64,000 nucleotides of DNA from an uncultured Candidatus Saccharibacteria bacterium (GCA_964577395.1 CAZNYQ010000006.1:7155-71154); one strand, 5' to 3'. Shown: positions 9,285-19,053, numbered from the stretch's first letter. Notes: generated by a model not told the origin, from the sequence alone. Numbers and translations are program-made.

Positions 9285-10210
9285 GTTCTAATTCTCAATT
9301 ACAAGCTACACGGGATGGTTTTGGAAAAGCATTGTTTCAATTAGTTAAAAATAATCGCAATATTTTTGCTGTATCAGCCGATCTAAGTCCTTCCTTGAGA
9401 ATAGAGGAAATTCGTAAAATTGTACCTGAGCAATTCATTGAATGTGGTGTTGCAGAACAAAATCTAGTTAGTGTAGCAACAGGATTAGCTTTAAGCGGGA
9501 AAATTCCTTTTGCTTGCAGTTTTGCGGAATTTTTGGTTGGCAGAGCCTGGGAACAAATTCGTTTAGATGTTTGTTATAACAATGCCAATGTCAAACTAGT
9601 TGGGTCACATGCTGGTCTTGCAACGGGCGAAGATGGCGCTAGCCACCAAATACTAGAAGATATTGCCTTAACAAGAGTTTTACCTCATATGACTGTTTTT
9701 TCTCCTTGCGATGCTTATGAGGCTTATCAAGCAACTCTAGCTGCGAGTAAAATTAAAGGACCTGTTTATCTAAGATTAGCACGTCCTGCGACTCCTTTAA
9801 TATTTGAAGATTCTTTTAAGTGGTCCTCGGAAATCTTTCCCTTAAAAAAAGGCAAAGATATTGTTATCTTTGCCACGGGTCCCATTATTACAGAAGCTCT
9901 TGAAGCTGCAAAGTCAATAGATAAAGATATTGCTGTTTTAAATGTGTCTACAATTAAGCCATTAGATAAAAAAACTGTTCTTGATTTCTCTCGGCAAGCT
10001 CGTTTAATTTTAACCTTAGAAGATCATCAAATTACAGGCGGATTAGGTTCTGCTATCGCTGAAGTTCTAGCTGAAGCAAATATTCATGTTCCCCTGAAAT
10101 GTTTAGGTATAAAAGATAGCTTTGGAGAATCAGGCAATTTTAAAGAACTGTGGAAAAAGTATGGTATAGATCGTGAAATGATTGTAGAAAAAATTAAGGA
10201 AATGTTGTAA
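9281..10210 (+). CDS. Transketolase, C-terminal (pyrimidine-binding) subunit
   Basis: Matches the Tkt C-terminal half (EDGASHQ ... GG.GS). The start overlaps the stop of the N-terminal subunit gene. Confidence 0.9.
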   Translation: MSSNSQLQATRDGFGKALFQLVKNNRNIFAVSADLSPSLRIEEIRKIVPEQFIECGVAEQNLVSVATGLALSGKIPFACSFAEFLVGRAWEQIRLDVCYNNANVKLVGSHAGLATGEDGASHQILEDIALTRVLPHMTVFSPCDAYEAYQATLAASKIKGPVYLRLARPATPLIFEDSFKWSSEIFPLKKGKDIVIFATGPIITEALEAAKSIDKDIAVLNVSTIKPLDKKTVLDFSRQARLILTLEDHQITGGLGSAIAEVLAEANIHVPLKCLGIKDSFGESGNFKELWKKYGIDREMIVEKIKEML

Positions 10211-10288
10211 AATACTTTGTTATATTTATTCTTTCTAATTAATTTGTTATAATAATTTAACAGTTTTAATACTGACTTATTTATATTT

Positions 10289-11566
10289 ATGAAAAAATCA
10301 ATTGAATACATATCTAAAGTTTTAAGAGTTGAACCGACTCTTATTGAGGAACTTGATGAAGTTACCTCTAAAAAAACAGGCAAAAAAAATGTTTTAGAGG
10401 ATATTTATGAGACAAATCAGAGAATTACAGACTTAACTCTTAAAAAATTAAAAGTTCGCAATAAAAATAGCGAAGAAGTATTTTTTGCTTTAATTAACTG
10501 TTTGCGTAAAGCTGATAGCAGTTTATCTAACTATTTTAACAAGCCAAACTTTATTAAGCCGGAAAGCTTTCGCCCCATGGTAGAGAAAGCTCTTGATTTA
10601 ACAGGTAGAAAAAAAGGCTTTTTCTTAAAAGAAAAAGTAGCGCAAGATTTACTGCGCAACACACCGCCTGTTAATCTTCTTAAGTCAGGCGAATATCGCA
10701 ATGTTGATGATTTATTGGAAAAAGAAGATTTATATGAAATTTATGCTAATTTGAGATTTTTAGAAAGTAGTGAATGGATGAATGATAAATTTTTACCTCA
10801 ATATAAAGATTTAAAAGCAGAAGACTTTGAAAGACGAGAAGCTAAATTTTTAATCTTAGATCGTAAATGGCTTGAAATGGCTCGTAAGTTTGTTAGCAAG
10901 AAATATCATAATTTAAGCCATCTTAAAGAAATGGGAGTTGTTTTTATTCTGCCAATGACTGATCATGCTGATGGAGAGAATTTTAGGCTTTTTTCATTAA
11001 GTCTTCATTACCTTTTTGAGCTTGCTTTTTACAGCAAACTTATGAAAAGAGCTTCTCAAAAGAAAGATTTTGGCGATCGGTTAATTTCTCTTTTGCGAGG
11101 TGAGATTTTAGATAATCGAACTGGTCTAAGAAAAACTGATTGGCTTTTAGTGCAAAGATATCTTGCTAAAATTGACAAACAAGATCCTCGCCTTTTATCT
11201 CCTCATGTAAATCCTGAAGTAATTCATTGGAAAAAAGCAGAAAGATTATTAACTAAATTTGGCAAAGAATTGCCAGAAATAGAGATAGATTTTTGGGAAG
11301 ATCTCTTTTGGCAAGATTTCGATTGGATAGGCTCATTTTATCCCAGCGAGAAAGAGGGTGAGATTTTAGTTAGCTTCGATTTAGTCGATAATATTATGAG
11401 TCTTGTGCAAGAGAAAGAATTAATTAAATATCTTTATCATCAACAAGAAGCTCTTTGGAATAGGATTTTTGAAGGTTATGTTGGGGGAGATGAAAAACTT
11501 GAAGAAATAGTGTTAGATAATTTTGATAAGGGGTATATTAAGCTTAAGCGAGTTGACAAAAAATAA
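10289..11566 (+). CDS. Hypothetical protein
   Basis: Long ORF with coding-like composition and no recognisable motifs. Confidence 0.45.
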   Translation: MKKSIEYISKVLRVEPTLIEELDEVTSKKTGKKNVLEDIYETNQRITDLTLKKLKVRNKNSEEVFFALINCLRKADSSLSNYFNKPNFIKPESFRPMVEKALDLTGRKKGFFLKEKVAQDLLRNTPPVNLLKSGEYRNVDDLLEKEDLYEIYANLRFLESSEWMNDKFLPQYKDLKAEDFERREAKFLILDRKWLEMARKFVSKKYHNLSHLKEMGVVFILPMTDHADGENFRLFSLSLHYLFELAFYSKLMKRASQKKDFGDRLISLLRGEILDNRTGLRKTDWLLVQRYLAKIDKQDPRLLSPHVNPEVIHWKKAERLLTKFGKELPEIEIDFWEDLFWQDFDWIGSFYPSEKEGEILVSFDLVDNIMSLVQEKELIKYLYHQQEALWNRIFEGYVGGDEKLEEIVLDNFDKGYIKLKRVDKK

Positions 11567-11620
11567 ATAGATGCTAAGGTAATTTTATCTTTCTTTTATT
11601 GTAAAATATTTAAAAATTAT

Positions 11621-12355
11621 ATGGATATCAAACTTAAAGCTACTTCCCGAGAAATTGCTGGCAAGGAAGTTAAAAAATTAAGAAAAAAAGATATGATCCC
11701 TGCTATTATTTATGGGCATGGTTTTGATAATCTTCTTTTAAAGGTTAATCGACATGATTTTTCTCAAGTCCTTAAACAAGCTGGAGAAAGTACTATTATT
11801 GATTTAGATATCGAAAAACACGGTGTTGAACCTGTTTTAATTCATGATTTGGCTCGTGACCCTGTAACAGATGATATTTTACATATTGATTTTTATAGAA
11901 TTAAGGCAGGAGAAAAAATGACAGCTGATATTCCTCTTGTTTTTGAAGGAGAAGCGCCTGCTGTAGAAGATTTAGGCGGTACTCTAATAACAAATTACAG
12001 AGATATTAAAATTAGTGCTTTGCCTAAGAATTTTCCTCATGATATAAAGGTTGATATTTCTTTATTAGAGACATTTGAAGATCAAATTAAAGTAAGTAAT
12101 TTAAGTGCTCCTGAAGGAGTGGAAATTTTAGCTGAACAAGATGATGTTATAGCTTTAGTAAGCCCTCCTCGAACCGATGAAGAGTTAGAAAAACTAGAGG
12201 AAGAAGTTACCGAAGATCTTGAAAAAGTTGAGGGTATTAGCAAAGAAGAAGATAGTGAGACTGTCCAAGGAGAGGCAGCCGGCAAAGAAGAAAAACAAGC
12301 ATCTAGTACAGACGAAGTTTCTAAAAAAGATCAATCTCAAGAAGCAAAATCTTAA
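11621..12355 (+). CDS. rplY: Ribosomal protein L25 (Ctc form) with an acidic/Lys-rich C-terminal extension
   Basis: N-terminus LKATSREIAGKEVKKLRKKDMIPAIIYG matches the L25/Ctc family. Confidence 0.85.
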   Translation: MDIKLKATSREIAGKEVKKLRKKDMIPAIIYGHGFDNLLLKVNRHDFSQVLKQAGESTIIDLDIEKHGVEPVLIHDLARDPVTDDILHIDFYRIKAGEKMTADIPLVFEGEAPAVEDLGGTLITNYRDIKISALPKNFPHDIKVDISLLETFEDQIKVSNLSAPEGVEILAEQDDVIALVSPPRTDEELEKLEEEVTEDLEKVEGISKEEDSETVQGEAAGKEEKQASSTDEVSKKDQSQEAKS

Positions 12356-12367
12356 TTTAAGATTTAT

Positions 12368-13699
12368 ATGACAAGGAGGATATTTACAAACAGAAAAAAA
12401 CAAAAACTTTTCTCTTTTCTAAGTGGATTTTTATTAATTGGATTAGTATTGAATTTTATAAATCCACTTTTTCTTTTTGCTCAGACTAACGAAGAAAAAA
12501 AAGAAGAGCTGCGTCAAGAAATTGAAAAATTACAAGCTCAAATTGATAGTTATCGCAATAAAATTAAAGAAGCAGGCGATCAAGAGCAGACTCTTAAGGG
12601 TCAAATTACGAATCTTGAAAATAAAATTAGTAAGCTTAATTTAGAAATTGAAAGTTTAAGCCTTGCTATTGGTGATGTTAAAGGAAGAATGACTATTATT
12701 CATCAAACAACAGATGAGATTAATAGAAATATCATTAAAGAAAAAGAAATCTTAGCGAAAACTATTCGAGTGGTTTATGAAAATGATAGTTTTAATTTCG
12801 TAGAACTTTTTTTTAGAGAAGAAAAATTATCTGATATGTTAGCTGATTTTAAGGCAATTGAAAGAATTCAAGGATCTCTCATAACATCTTTAAAAGAAAT
12901 TAGAAGATTAAAAGAACGGCTAGCTGAAGAGAAGGAAATTTTAACAAAAAGGGAGAATGAATTAGCTGAGCTTAAGAAAATGCAGGATATTCAAACAGCC
13001 AGCTTAAGACAAACTAAATTAGCTAAAAGACAAGTTTTACAACAAACAGAAAGTCAAAAGCATGAATTAATAGGTAAAGTGGAAGTTTCTCAAGCAACCA
13101 TTGCATCTATTCGAGAACAACTTTATCAATTAGAAGGATTGGGAGTGTCTTTAAAATTTGGAGAAGCACTTAAATATGCTCAACAGGCAACAGTTAGGAC
13201 TGGCGTTAGAGCAGCTCTGCTCTTAGCCATGCTTAAGAAAGAATCAGAGTGGGGTACTAACGTTGGTACAGGAACATGGCGGGAAGATATGCATTCGCGT
13301 GATCACGATGCTTTCTTGGCAATTTGTGAAAAGCTTGGACTAGACCCTAATACAACACCTGTATCGCGTAAACCTTCTTATGGCTGGGGTGGTGCTATGG
13401 GACCAGCACAGTTTCTACCCAATACCTGGTTAGCTTATGAAAAGGAAGTAGCACAAGTTACGGGTCATAATCCGCCGAATCCCTGGCATATTGACGATGC
13501 TTTTACGGCTTGTGGTATTAAACTAAAAAAAGCAGGAGCTGCTGCTCAAAACTATGATGCTGAATGGAAAGCAGCTCAAATATATTTTGCGGGGCAACGT
13601 TGGAATAATCCTCGTTACTATTTCTATGGCGATTCAGTTTTAGAATTAGCTGGTCAATTCCAACAACAAATTGATATTTTAGAGAAAGGTGAATCCTAA
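12368..13699 (+). CDS. Secreted coiled-coil protein with a C-terminal lytic-transglycosylase (SLT)-like domain
   Basis: Signal peptide, then about 250 aa of heptad coiled coil. The C-terminus has KKESEWG ... GAMGPAQFLPNTW, resembling the SLT catalytic Glu-Ser and G.MQ motifs. Confidence 0.5.
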   Translation: MTRRIFTNRKKQKLFSFLSGFLLIGLVLNFINPLFLFAQTNEEKKEELRQEIEKLQAQIDSYRNKIKEAGDQEQTLKGQITNLENKISKLNLEIESLSLAIGDVKGRMTIIHQTTDEINRNIIKEKEILAKTIRVVYENDSFNFVELFFREEKLSDMLADFKAIERIQGSLITSLKEIRRLKERLAEEKEILTKRENELAELKKMQDIQTASLRQTKLAKRQVLQQTESQKHELIGKVEVSQATIASIREQLYQLEGLGVSLKFGEALKYAQQATVRTGVRAALLLAMLKKESEWGTNVGTGTWREDMHSRDHDAFLAICEKLGLDPNTTPVSRKPSYGWGGAMGPAQFLPNTWLAYEKEVAQVTGHNPPNPWHIDDAFTACGIKLKKAGAAAQNYDAEWKAAQIYFAGQRWNNPRYYFYGDSVLELAGQFQQQIDILEKGES

Positions 13700-13725
13700 G
13701 TAAATATTTTAAATATTTAAACCTT

Positions 13726-13750
13726 AAAACCCTCCTTTTAGGAGGGTTTT
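13726..13750. terminator. Bidirectional hairpin terminator
   Basis: Perfect 10-bp stem aaaaccctcc/ggagggtttt with loop tttta, flanked by A and T runs. Confidence 0.6.
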
Positions 13751-13867
13751 AAGGTATCAGACAAGGAGTAAATTTATTATTCCAGCCTGGTAAATATATT
13801 ATTGAAAGAACTTAACAAATGTATTTAAAAGAACTTTTTTCAGTCCGTTAAAAAACGGTTTAATTTT

Positions 13868-14614
13868 TTAAGAGAGAGAAGGAACTAAGTTAGAATATTG
13901 TTTTAAGTTTTCTAATTGTTGATCGGTTAATTTTTGCGAGGCACTGACTGCTTCTTGAATCAAGTCTTCACCAAAACTTACTTCCTCGCCTAGAGTAAGT
14001 CCATGTGTGCCAGTTCTGTTTTGAAGATAATCTTCGATATATATTTTGTGTTCAGCACTTAATTTCAGATCTTTATCTTTCAGATAGTCTGACAATGCCT
14101 TTCTTGCTAGATGGGTAATACCTTCACCATCTTTAGCAGTTTCTTTAAATTCCTTTCCTTGTTGGCTGATTGGACCACCTTGACTAGTTTCTTCAGTGAT
14201 TGTTACATGTGATTGATCTTCTATAATTTCATTTGAAGTAGTTTCTTCGTCGTTTACGGCAATTTCAGTTGTCTCTTCTTCCGTTTCTTCTTCAGTCACA
14301 TCTTCTTCTGTTATTTCTTCTTCGATTGCTTCTTCATCTTCTTCTAGGTCAATTGTAATACCACTTTCTAAATCTTCTTGTTGAATATCTAAGTTATTAT
14401 CTTGTTGTTGTGAATAAAGGTAGATGCCCCCGCCAAGGATGATAAGAGCAATTATTGGTAAAATAATTGCAGAGAAATTGTTTTTGAGCCAGTTTATTAT
14501 TCTAGATCCCCAACCGTTGCCTTCTAGTAATTCTAATCCTTCAGGAAGCTCAAATTCTTTTTCTTCTTGTTTTTTTGACTGAGAGCCTTTCTTTTTTTTG
14601 GCCATTAAGTTCAC
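13868..14614 (-). CDS. Membrane-anchored acidic (Glu/Asp-rich) protein
   Basis: GTG start (an ATG lies 3 codons downstream). One TM helix, then an E/D/T-rich low-complexity region. It is in an operon with the RF1 gene. Confidence 0.5.
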   Translation of the reverse strand: MNLMAKKKKGSQSKKQEEKEFELPEGLELLEGNGWGSRIINWLKNNFSAIILPIIALIILGGGIYLYSQQQDNNLDIQQEDLESGITIDLEEDEEAIEEEITEEDVTEEETEEETTEIAVNDEETTSNEIIEDQSHVTITEETSQGGPISQQGKEFKETAKDGEGITHLARKALSDYLKDKDLKLSAEHKIYIEDYLQNRTGTHGLTLGEEVSFGEDLIQEAVSASQKLTDQQLENLKQYSNLVPSLS

Positions 14615-14647
14615 CCCCTTTCATTAGGCTCCCTCCTTTTACACTAA

Positions 14648-15397
14648 TTAAGAATTGTTTTGAACCATTTTTTTATTTAAAGTTTGTGTCATTTTTTTTA
14701 AATTTCCCTCTATGATCTTATCAAGATTTTGCCAGCTTTTATTAATTCTATGATCAGTTACTCTGTTTTGAGGAAAATTATATGTTCTAATTTTGTCTGA
14801 TCTTTCAGCATCCTTAACCTGAGACTTTCTTAAGTCACTTACCTTTTGGACGCCTTGTGCTTTTTTAAACTGAATTAGCTTAGCTTTAAGTTGTTGGATG
14901 GCTTTTTGGCGGTTTTTATGTTGAGAACGTTCATCTTGACAAGTTACCACAGCGCCAGTAGGAAGATGAGTTATCCTAATAGCTGAATCCGTAACATTAA
15001 CATGCTGACCGCCAGCGCCTGATGCTCTATATGTATCAATTTTTAAATCAGCTGGGTTAAGTTGGATTTCTTGTAATTCTTTAACTTGAGGCAGGATCGC
15101 AACCGTGGCAGTTGAGGTGTGAATCCGGCCACTTTTCTCAGTTTCTGGTACACGTTGGACTCGATGAACTCCGCCTTCATGCTGCAATAAGCCAACATCT
15201 TCTCCAGTAATTTTTATAATTGCATGTTTGACACCACCTAAAGTTGTTTTATCGCTTTCTTGAATTTTGAAAAGCCATTTCTTTTTTTCAGCAAACTTTT
15301 GGTACATCCTTAAAAGATCAGCCGCAAAAAGAGTAGCTTCATCTCCGCCAGTACCAGGCCTAATTTCCATTAATAAAGTATCATTTCTTACTCCCAT
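14648..15397 (-). CDS. prfA: Peptide chain release factor 1 lacking the N-terminal domain 1
   Basis: GGQ motif (SGAGGQHVN) and an RF1-type tripeptide region (RVPETEKSGRIHTS, against E. coli PAT). It aligns to E. coli RF1 from about residue 105. An in-frame stop lies 12 codons upstream of the ATG. Confidence 0.85.
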   Translation of the reverse strand: MGVRNDTLLMEIRPGTGGDEATLFAADLLRMYQKFAEKKKWLFKIQESDKTTLGGVKHAIIKITGEDVGLLQHEGGVHRVQRVPETEKSGRIHTSTATVAILPQVKELQEIQLNPADLKIDTYRASGAGGQHVNVTDSAIRITHLPTGAVVTCQDERSQHKNRQKAIQQLKAKLIQFKKAQGVQKVSDLRKSQVKDAERSDKIRTYNFPQNRVTDHRINKSWQNLDKIIEGNLKKMTQTLNKKMVQNNS

Positions 15398-15641
15398 TTT
15401 TTTTCTTTTTTTTAAAAGATTTAACTTTTTTTAGTTGAGAAGTTTTAGCAGCGCGTATCTTAAATTTCTCAACTCGTCCTGCAGTATCAACAATCTTTTT
15501 CTCTCCTGTATAGAGAGGATTGCATTGATAGCAGATTTCTGTATGGATTTTTTTAGTAGTTGAAGCGACAGTGAATTTAGCACCGCAGTCGCAAGTTACT
15601 TCTGTTTCTTGATAATATTGAGGATGAGTTTTCTTTTTCAT
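15381..15641 (-). CDS. rpmE: Ribosomal protein L31 with a Lys-rich C-terminal tail
   Basis: Matches the L31 family (HPQYY..TEV.C.CGA, cysteines as in Zn-binding L31). Its 3' end overlaps the RF1 start by 17 nt. Confidence 0.9.
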   Translation of the reverse strand: MKKKTHPQYYQETEVTCDCGAKFTVASTTKKIHTEICYQCNPLYTGEKKIVDTAGRVEKFKIRAAKTSQLKKVKSFKKKKKNGSKK

Positions 15642-15712
15642 ATTTTTTTAAAAATTTTTTAGAGTTAAGTATAAAATAACATAAGCTTTTCTATTTTACA
15701 AGGTTTTTGTAA

Positions 15713-15746
15713 TGCTTGCAATTATCTAAGAGTTTGTTATACTCTT
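15713..15746 (+). promoter_or_regulatory. Candidate sigma-70 promoter for rpsB-tsf
   Basis: TTGCAA, then about 16 nt, then TATACT, upstream of rpsB. Confidence 0.4.
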
Positions 15747-15802
15747 ACTTAGATTAATTAGTGATTAATTGAATTCTTTTTTTACTAAATATTTAAAAAT
15801 AT

Positions 15803-16534
15803 TTGAAAATGAAAAAAACAAAAATTTCAAGCGATAAGGAACAAAACATTACAAAAGATACTTCTCTTTTTAAGCTAGGTATCCAATTTGGGCATCAAAA
15901 AGCGCGTCGTCATCCAAGTATGAAAAAATTTATTTACGGTATGCATAATAACAGATATATTATTGATGTTGAAAAAAGTAAGCAGAAAATTGATGAAGCT
16001 CTTGATTTTTTAAAAGAAATTGCGCAGTCTGGTAAGCAAATTGTTTTTTTAGGTAATAAACCTAATATTAAAAATTTCTTAAAAAAATTTGCCCAAGATA
16101 ATAAATTGTTTTTTATTACTGAAAGATGGATTGGCGGTACTTTAACTAATTTTGATACAGTTAAAGAACGTTTAAAAAGATACAAAGAGATAGAAGAAAA
16201 AATGAAATCTCAAGAGTGGCAAGAATTAACTAAAAAAGAACAGCGAGATTATCGTAAAGAACAAGAACGCTTAGAAAAGCTTTGGGGTGGCATTAAAAAC
16301 TTAAAAGGTATTCCGGCTGTTTTATTCTTGCTTGATGTTCCCAATAATTATTTAGCGATTCGAGAAGCAAAAAAGGCAGGCGTTAAAATAGTTGCTATTG
16401 CTGATACAGATGCCAATATTAGAGATGTTGACTATCCTATTCCTGCCAATGACGATTCTTTGTTAACAATTAAATATATTTTACAAAGAGTTATTGATAC
16501 TCTAAAGAAAAATCAACCTAAAAAAGATAAGTAA
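15803..16534 (+). CDS. rpsB: Ribosomal protein S2
   Basis: Matches the S2 family (FGHQ, ERWIGGTLTNF and ADTD segments). Confidence 0.9.
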   Translation: MKMKKTKISSDKEQNITKDTSLFKLGIQFGHQKARRHPSMKKFIYGMHNNRYIIDVEKSKQKIDEALDFLKEIAQSGKQIVFLGNKPNIKNFLKKFAQDNKLFFITERWIGGTLTNFDTVKERLKRYKEIEEKMKSQEWQELTKKEQRDYRKEQERLEKLWGGIKNLKGIPAVLFLLDVPNNYLAIREAKKAGVKIVAIADTDANIRDVDYPIPANDDSLLTIKYILQRVIDTLKKNQPKKDK

Positions 16535-16555
16535 TTTTTATTTCTTAATATTTAT

Positions 16556-17143
16556 ATGAAAATATCTGCCCAACAAGTTAAACAATTGAGAGAAGCAACA
16601 GGTGTTTCTATGATGGCTTGCAAAAAAGCCCTTGCTGAAGCAGAAGGAGATCAGGCTAAAGCTAAGCATTTGCTTAGAAAAAAAGGTCAAAAAGTGGCTG
16701 AAAAAAAATTGATCAGGACAACTAATCAGGGTAATATAACTTCCTATATTCATAATAATGGGAAAATAGGCGCTTTAGTTGAAGTTCATTGTGAAACTGA
16801 TTTCGTAGCCAAGAATAAAGATTTTAAAAAACTTTGCGGAGAAATAGCCTTACAAGTAGTGGGGTATGATCCCCTTTATGTTTCACCTGACTATATTCCT
16901 GAAGAAGACCTTAAAGAAAAAGAAAAAGTTTTTAAGGAAGAACTTATTGCCCAAGGTCTTAAAGAAGCTATTCTTAAAAAAGCCTTGGTATCAAAATTGA
17001 ATAAATTTAAAGAAGAAAGGTCTTTGCTTTCTCAGCCATATTTTAGAAATGACAAAAAGACAGTTAATGATATTATTCAAGAAGCAATTGCTAAGTTAGG
17101 AGAGAATATTCAAGTCCAAAGATTTACTCGTTATCAGATTTAG
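16556..17143 (+). CDS. tsf: Elongation factor Ts
   Basis: N-terminal UBA-like ISAQQVKQLREATG..MM.CKKAL. It sits in the usual rpsB-tsf position. Confidence 0.9.
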   Translation: MKISAQQVKQLREATGVSMMACKKALAEAEGDQAKAKHLLRKKGQKVAEKKLIRTTNQGNITSYIHNNGKIGALVEVHCETDFVAKNKDFKKLCGEIALQVVGYDPLYVSPDYIPEEDLKEKEKVFKEELIAQGLKEAILKKALVSKLNKFKEERSLLSQPYFRNDKKTVNDIIQEAIAKLGENIQVQRFTRYQI

Positions 17144-17176
17144 AAAGAAAAATTTTCATAGCTTAATTTTTAAAGC

Positions 17177-18298
17177 TTGTCTATGATCATTAATATCATT
17201 CTTTATATCTTATTAGGGGTGGGAGTGGGATATTTTATTTATTTAATTTATATAAAGTGGTCTCAGCTTGAAAAATATCCTAAGCCACGGTTTAAACTCT
17301 CAAGTATCAAGAAGTTGCTTGACAGAATCGCTGTTTTTAAAAATAACTTCTTGAATGTTTTTAAAACTTCAAATTTGAAAAAAATTCGAAAGATAAACTT
17401 AAAAGATTTTAATAAATATATTTCTAAATTAAAAAATAAAATTTTAAATATTGTTACTTGTATCTTACAATTCTTTAAAAGAATTTTTAAAAAAATTAAG
17501 CAATTTTTATTAAGTATTAAATTGCCTAAAAAAGATAAGATAAAGTTTGAAATAAAATCTCTTAATAATAAAAAAGCTAAAACCAGTAGAGTTAATTTAA
17601 AAAAGAAAGTTTTATCAAATTTTAAAAAAGTATTTCGCCAACAGAAAGCTAGAACCGAAAAAGCGCAAAAAAATATTCTTGCTTTCTTTAAAAAAATATT
17701 TGAAAAAGTTTCTATTAAAAAAATATTAATTTTCTTTAAAACGTTTCAAAAAAAGATTAAACTTCATTTTATTTCTCAAGAAGATGAGAAAGCCAAGGAA
17801 CGTTTTCAAGCAAGCGAAATAAAACAAAAAACTCAGAAAGAAGCTTATTTAGGAGATCTTTTAAAGAAAACATTGCCAGAGAAGAAAACAGAAAAATTAT
17901 CAGAGGAAAAGATTAAAAAGCCAAAAGAAGAGTCTATAATTCACGAAAATGTTTTAGAAAAAGAAATGCTAGAACAAAAAAGTTATCGCCCCAAAACACT
18001 TCAAGAAGGATTAGATAAAATAAACCAATTAAAGGATCAAGTAGCTTCTCAAAAAAAAGAAATTTCTTCAGAACAAGTTTCTCAAGCTACTTTAAACAAA
18101 ATTGAACAAGATTTAGTTAAACAAATTTTAGCAGATCCTAAAAATATTGAAGCATATAAAAAGCTAGGAAAACTGTATTATAATCAAGAGCAATTTGATT
18201 ATGCAAAAGAAACTTTTGAAGCTGCACTTAAATTGGGATCAGGTGATAATAAAATTAAAGAATTGCTTAAGGAATGTGAGTTGAAATTGGAAAAGTAA
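17177..18298 (+). CDS. Hypothetical Lys-rich membrane protein with a C-terminal TPR-like segment
   Basis: N-terminal TM helix, very K-rich, with a TPR-like end (AYKKLGKLYYNQEQFDYAKETFEAALKLG). Confidence 0.45.
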   Translation: MSMIINIILYILLGVGVGYFIYLIYIKWSQLEKYPKPRFKLSSIKKLLDRIAVFKNNFLNVFKTSNLKKIRKINLKDFNKYISKLKNKILNIVTCILQFFKRIFKKIKQFLLSIKLPKKDKIKFEIKSLNNKKAKTSRVNLKKKVLSNFKKVFRQQKARTEKAQKNILAFFKKIFEKVSIKKILIFFKTFQKKIKLHFISQEDEKAKERFQASEIKQKTQKEAYLGDLLKKTLPEKKTEKLSEEKIKKPKEESIIHENVLEKEMLEQKSYRPKTLQEGLDKINQLKDQVASQKKEISSEQVSQATLNKIEQDLVKQILADPKNIEAYKKLGKLYYNQEQFDYAKETFEAALKLGSGDNKIKELLKECELKLEK

Positions 18299-18305
18299 TT
18301 ATTAA

Positions 18306-18379
18306 GCCCACGTAGCTCAGACGGTTAGAGCACTTCTCTGGTAATGAAGAGGTCGTCGGTTCGACTCCGACCGTGGGCT
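18306..18379 (+). tRNA. tRNA-Thr (anticodon GGT)
   Basis: Hand-folded cloverleaf: acceptor GCCCACG/CGTGGGC, D and T arms, anticodon loop CTGGTAA. There is no encoded CCA. Confidence 0.85.
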
Positions 18380-18390
18380 TGCGAAAAAAA

Positions 18391-18473
18391 GGGTAGGTAC
18401 CCAAGCGGTCAACGGGGACAGACTGTAAATCTGTTGGCTCTGGCCTTCGGGGGTTCGAATCCCTCCCTACCCA
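18391..18473 (+). tRNA. tRNA-Tyr (anticodon GTA), type II with a long variable arm
   Basis: Acceptor GGGTAGG/CCTACCC, anticodon stem ACAGA/TCTGT, loop CTGTAAA, and a 15-nt variable arm. Confidence 0.85.
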
Positions 18474-18478
18474 TATGA

Positions 18479-18552
18479 GCCCATGTAGCTCAGCTGGCTA
18501 GAGCAACTGTTTTGTAAACAGTAGGTCGTCGGTTCGAATCCGACCGTGGGCT
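18479..18552 (+). tRNA. tRNA-Thr (anticodon TGT)
   Basis: Acceptor GCCCATG/CGTGGGC with one G-U pair, anticodon stem ACTGT/ACAGT, loop TTTGTAA. Confidence 0.85.
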
Positions 18553-18570
18553 TACCTAAGGCTGTTAGAT

Positions 18571-19053
18571 TTGTTATTTAAAACTTCATCTATGCATAAA
18601 AGAAATACTATCATCTTAATTATCATCCTTATAGTTATAGGTATAGCAGTCTTTAGTCTTAGTAAGTGCAAGAAATTTCCTCAAGAACTTAATATTTTCC
18701 CAGACGGGAAAGAAGAAACAACTCCCTTTGATACAGAAGAAATTAGTGTTATAAGCGAACAATTAGACGATTTATCTCCTGAAGATGCTGTTTTGGGAGG
18801 AAATTGGTTCATTAGTCAAGTAGCAGTTATTGATGAAAAACATGTCTATATTGTTTACGAAGATGGTCATATTGTAAGGAGAATGTTGCTTGAAAAAACT
18901 GAGCAAGACTGGCAACGCTTGGCATATTTCGAGCCAGGCAAAGATATGTGGAAACTTATTTCAGGTAATGATCCTTATATGGGTAATGATGTGATTATTT
19001 ATGAAAGAAGAGAGGAAGGCAACTGGGTTTTACATGGAGTTATAGGAGAATAA
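18571..19053 (+). CDS. Hypothetical membrane-anchored protein
   Basis: N-terminal TM helix and coding-like composition. Confidence 0.45.
   Translation: MLFKTSSMHKRNTIILIIILIVIGIAVFSLSKCKKFPQELNIFPDGKEETTPFDTEEISVISEQLDDLSPEDAVLGGNWFISQVAVIDEKHVYIVYEDGHIVRRMLLEKTEQDWQRLAYFEPGKDMWKLISGNDPYMGNDVIIYERREEGNWVLHGVIGE

Noticed and set aside
14615-14640. Strong SD AAGGAGGG plus ATG on the minus strand just upstream of the acidic-protein gene, opening only a 25-codon out-of-frame ORF
   Set aside because: It could be a leader peptide or a frameshift site within the A8 tract. It is equally explained as the SD serving the downstream GTG/ATG start, so the evidence is insufficient.
14648-15397. Possibility that the truncated release factor is RF2 with a programmed +1 frameshift supplying the N-terminus
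   Set aside because: The tripeptide region is RF1-like (PET, not SPF). The upstream sequence in all frames is occupied by rpmE, with a stop 12 codons upstream, so no frameshift-accessible domain 1 exists.
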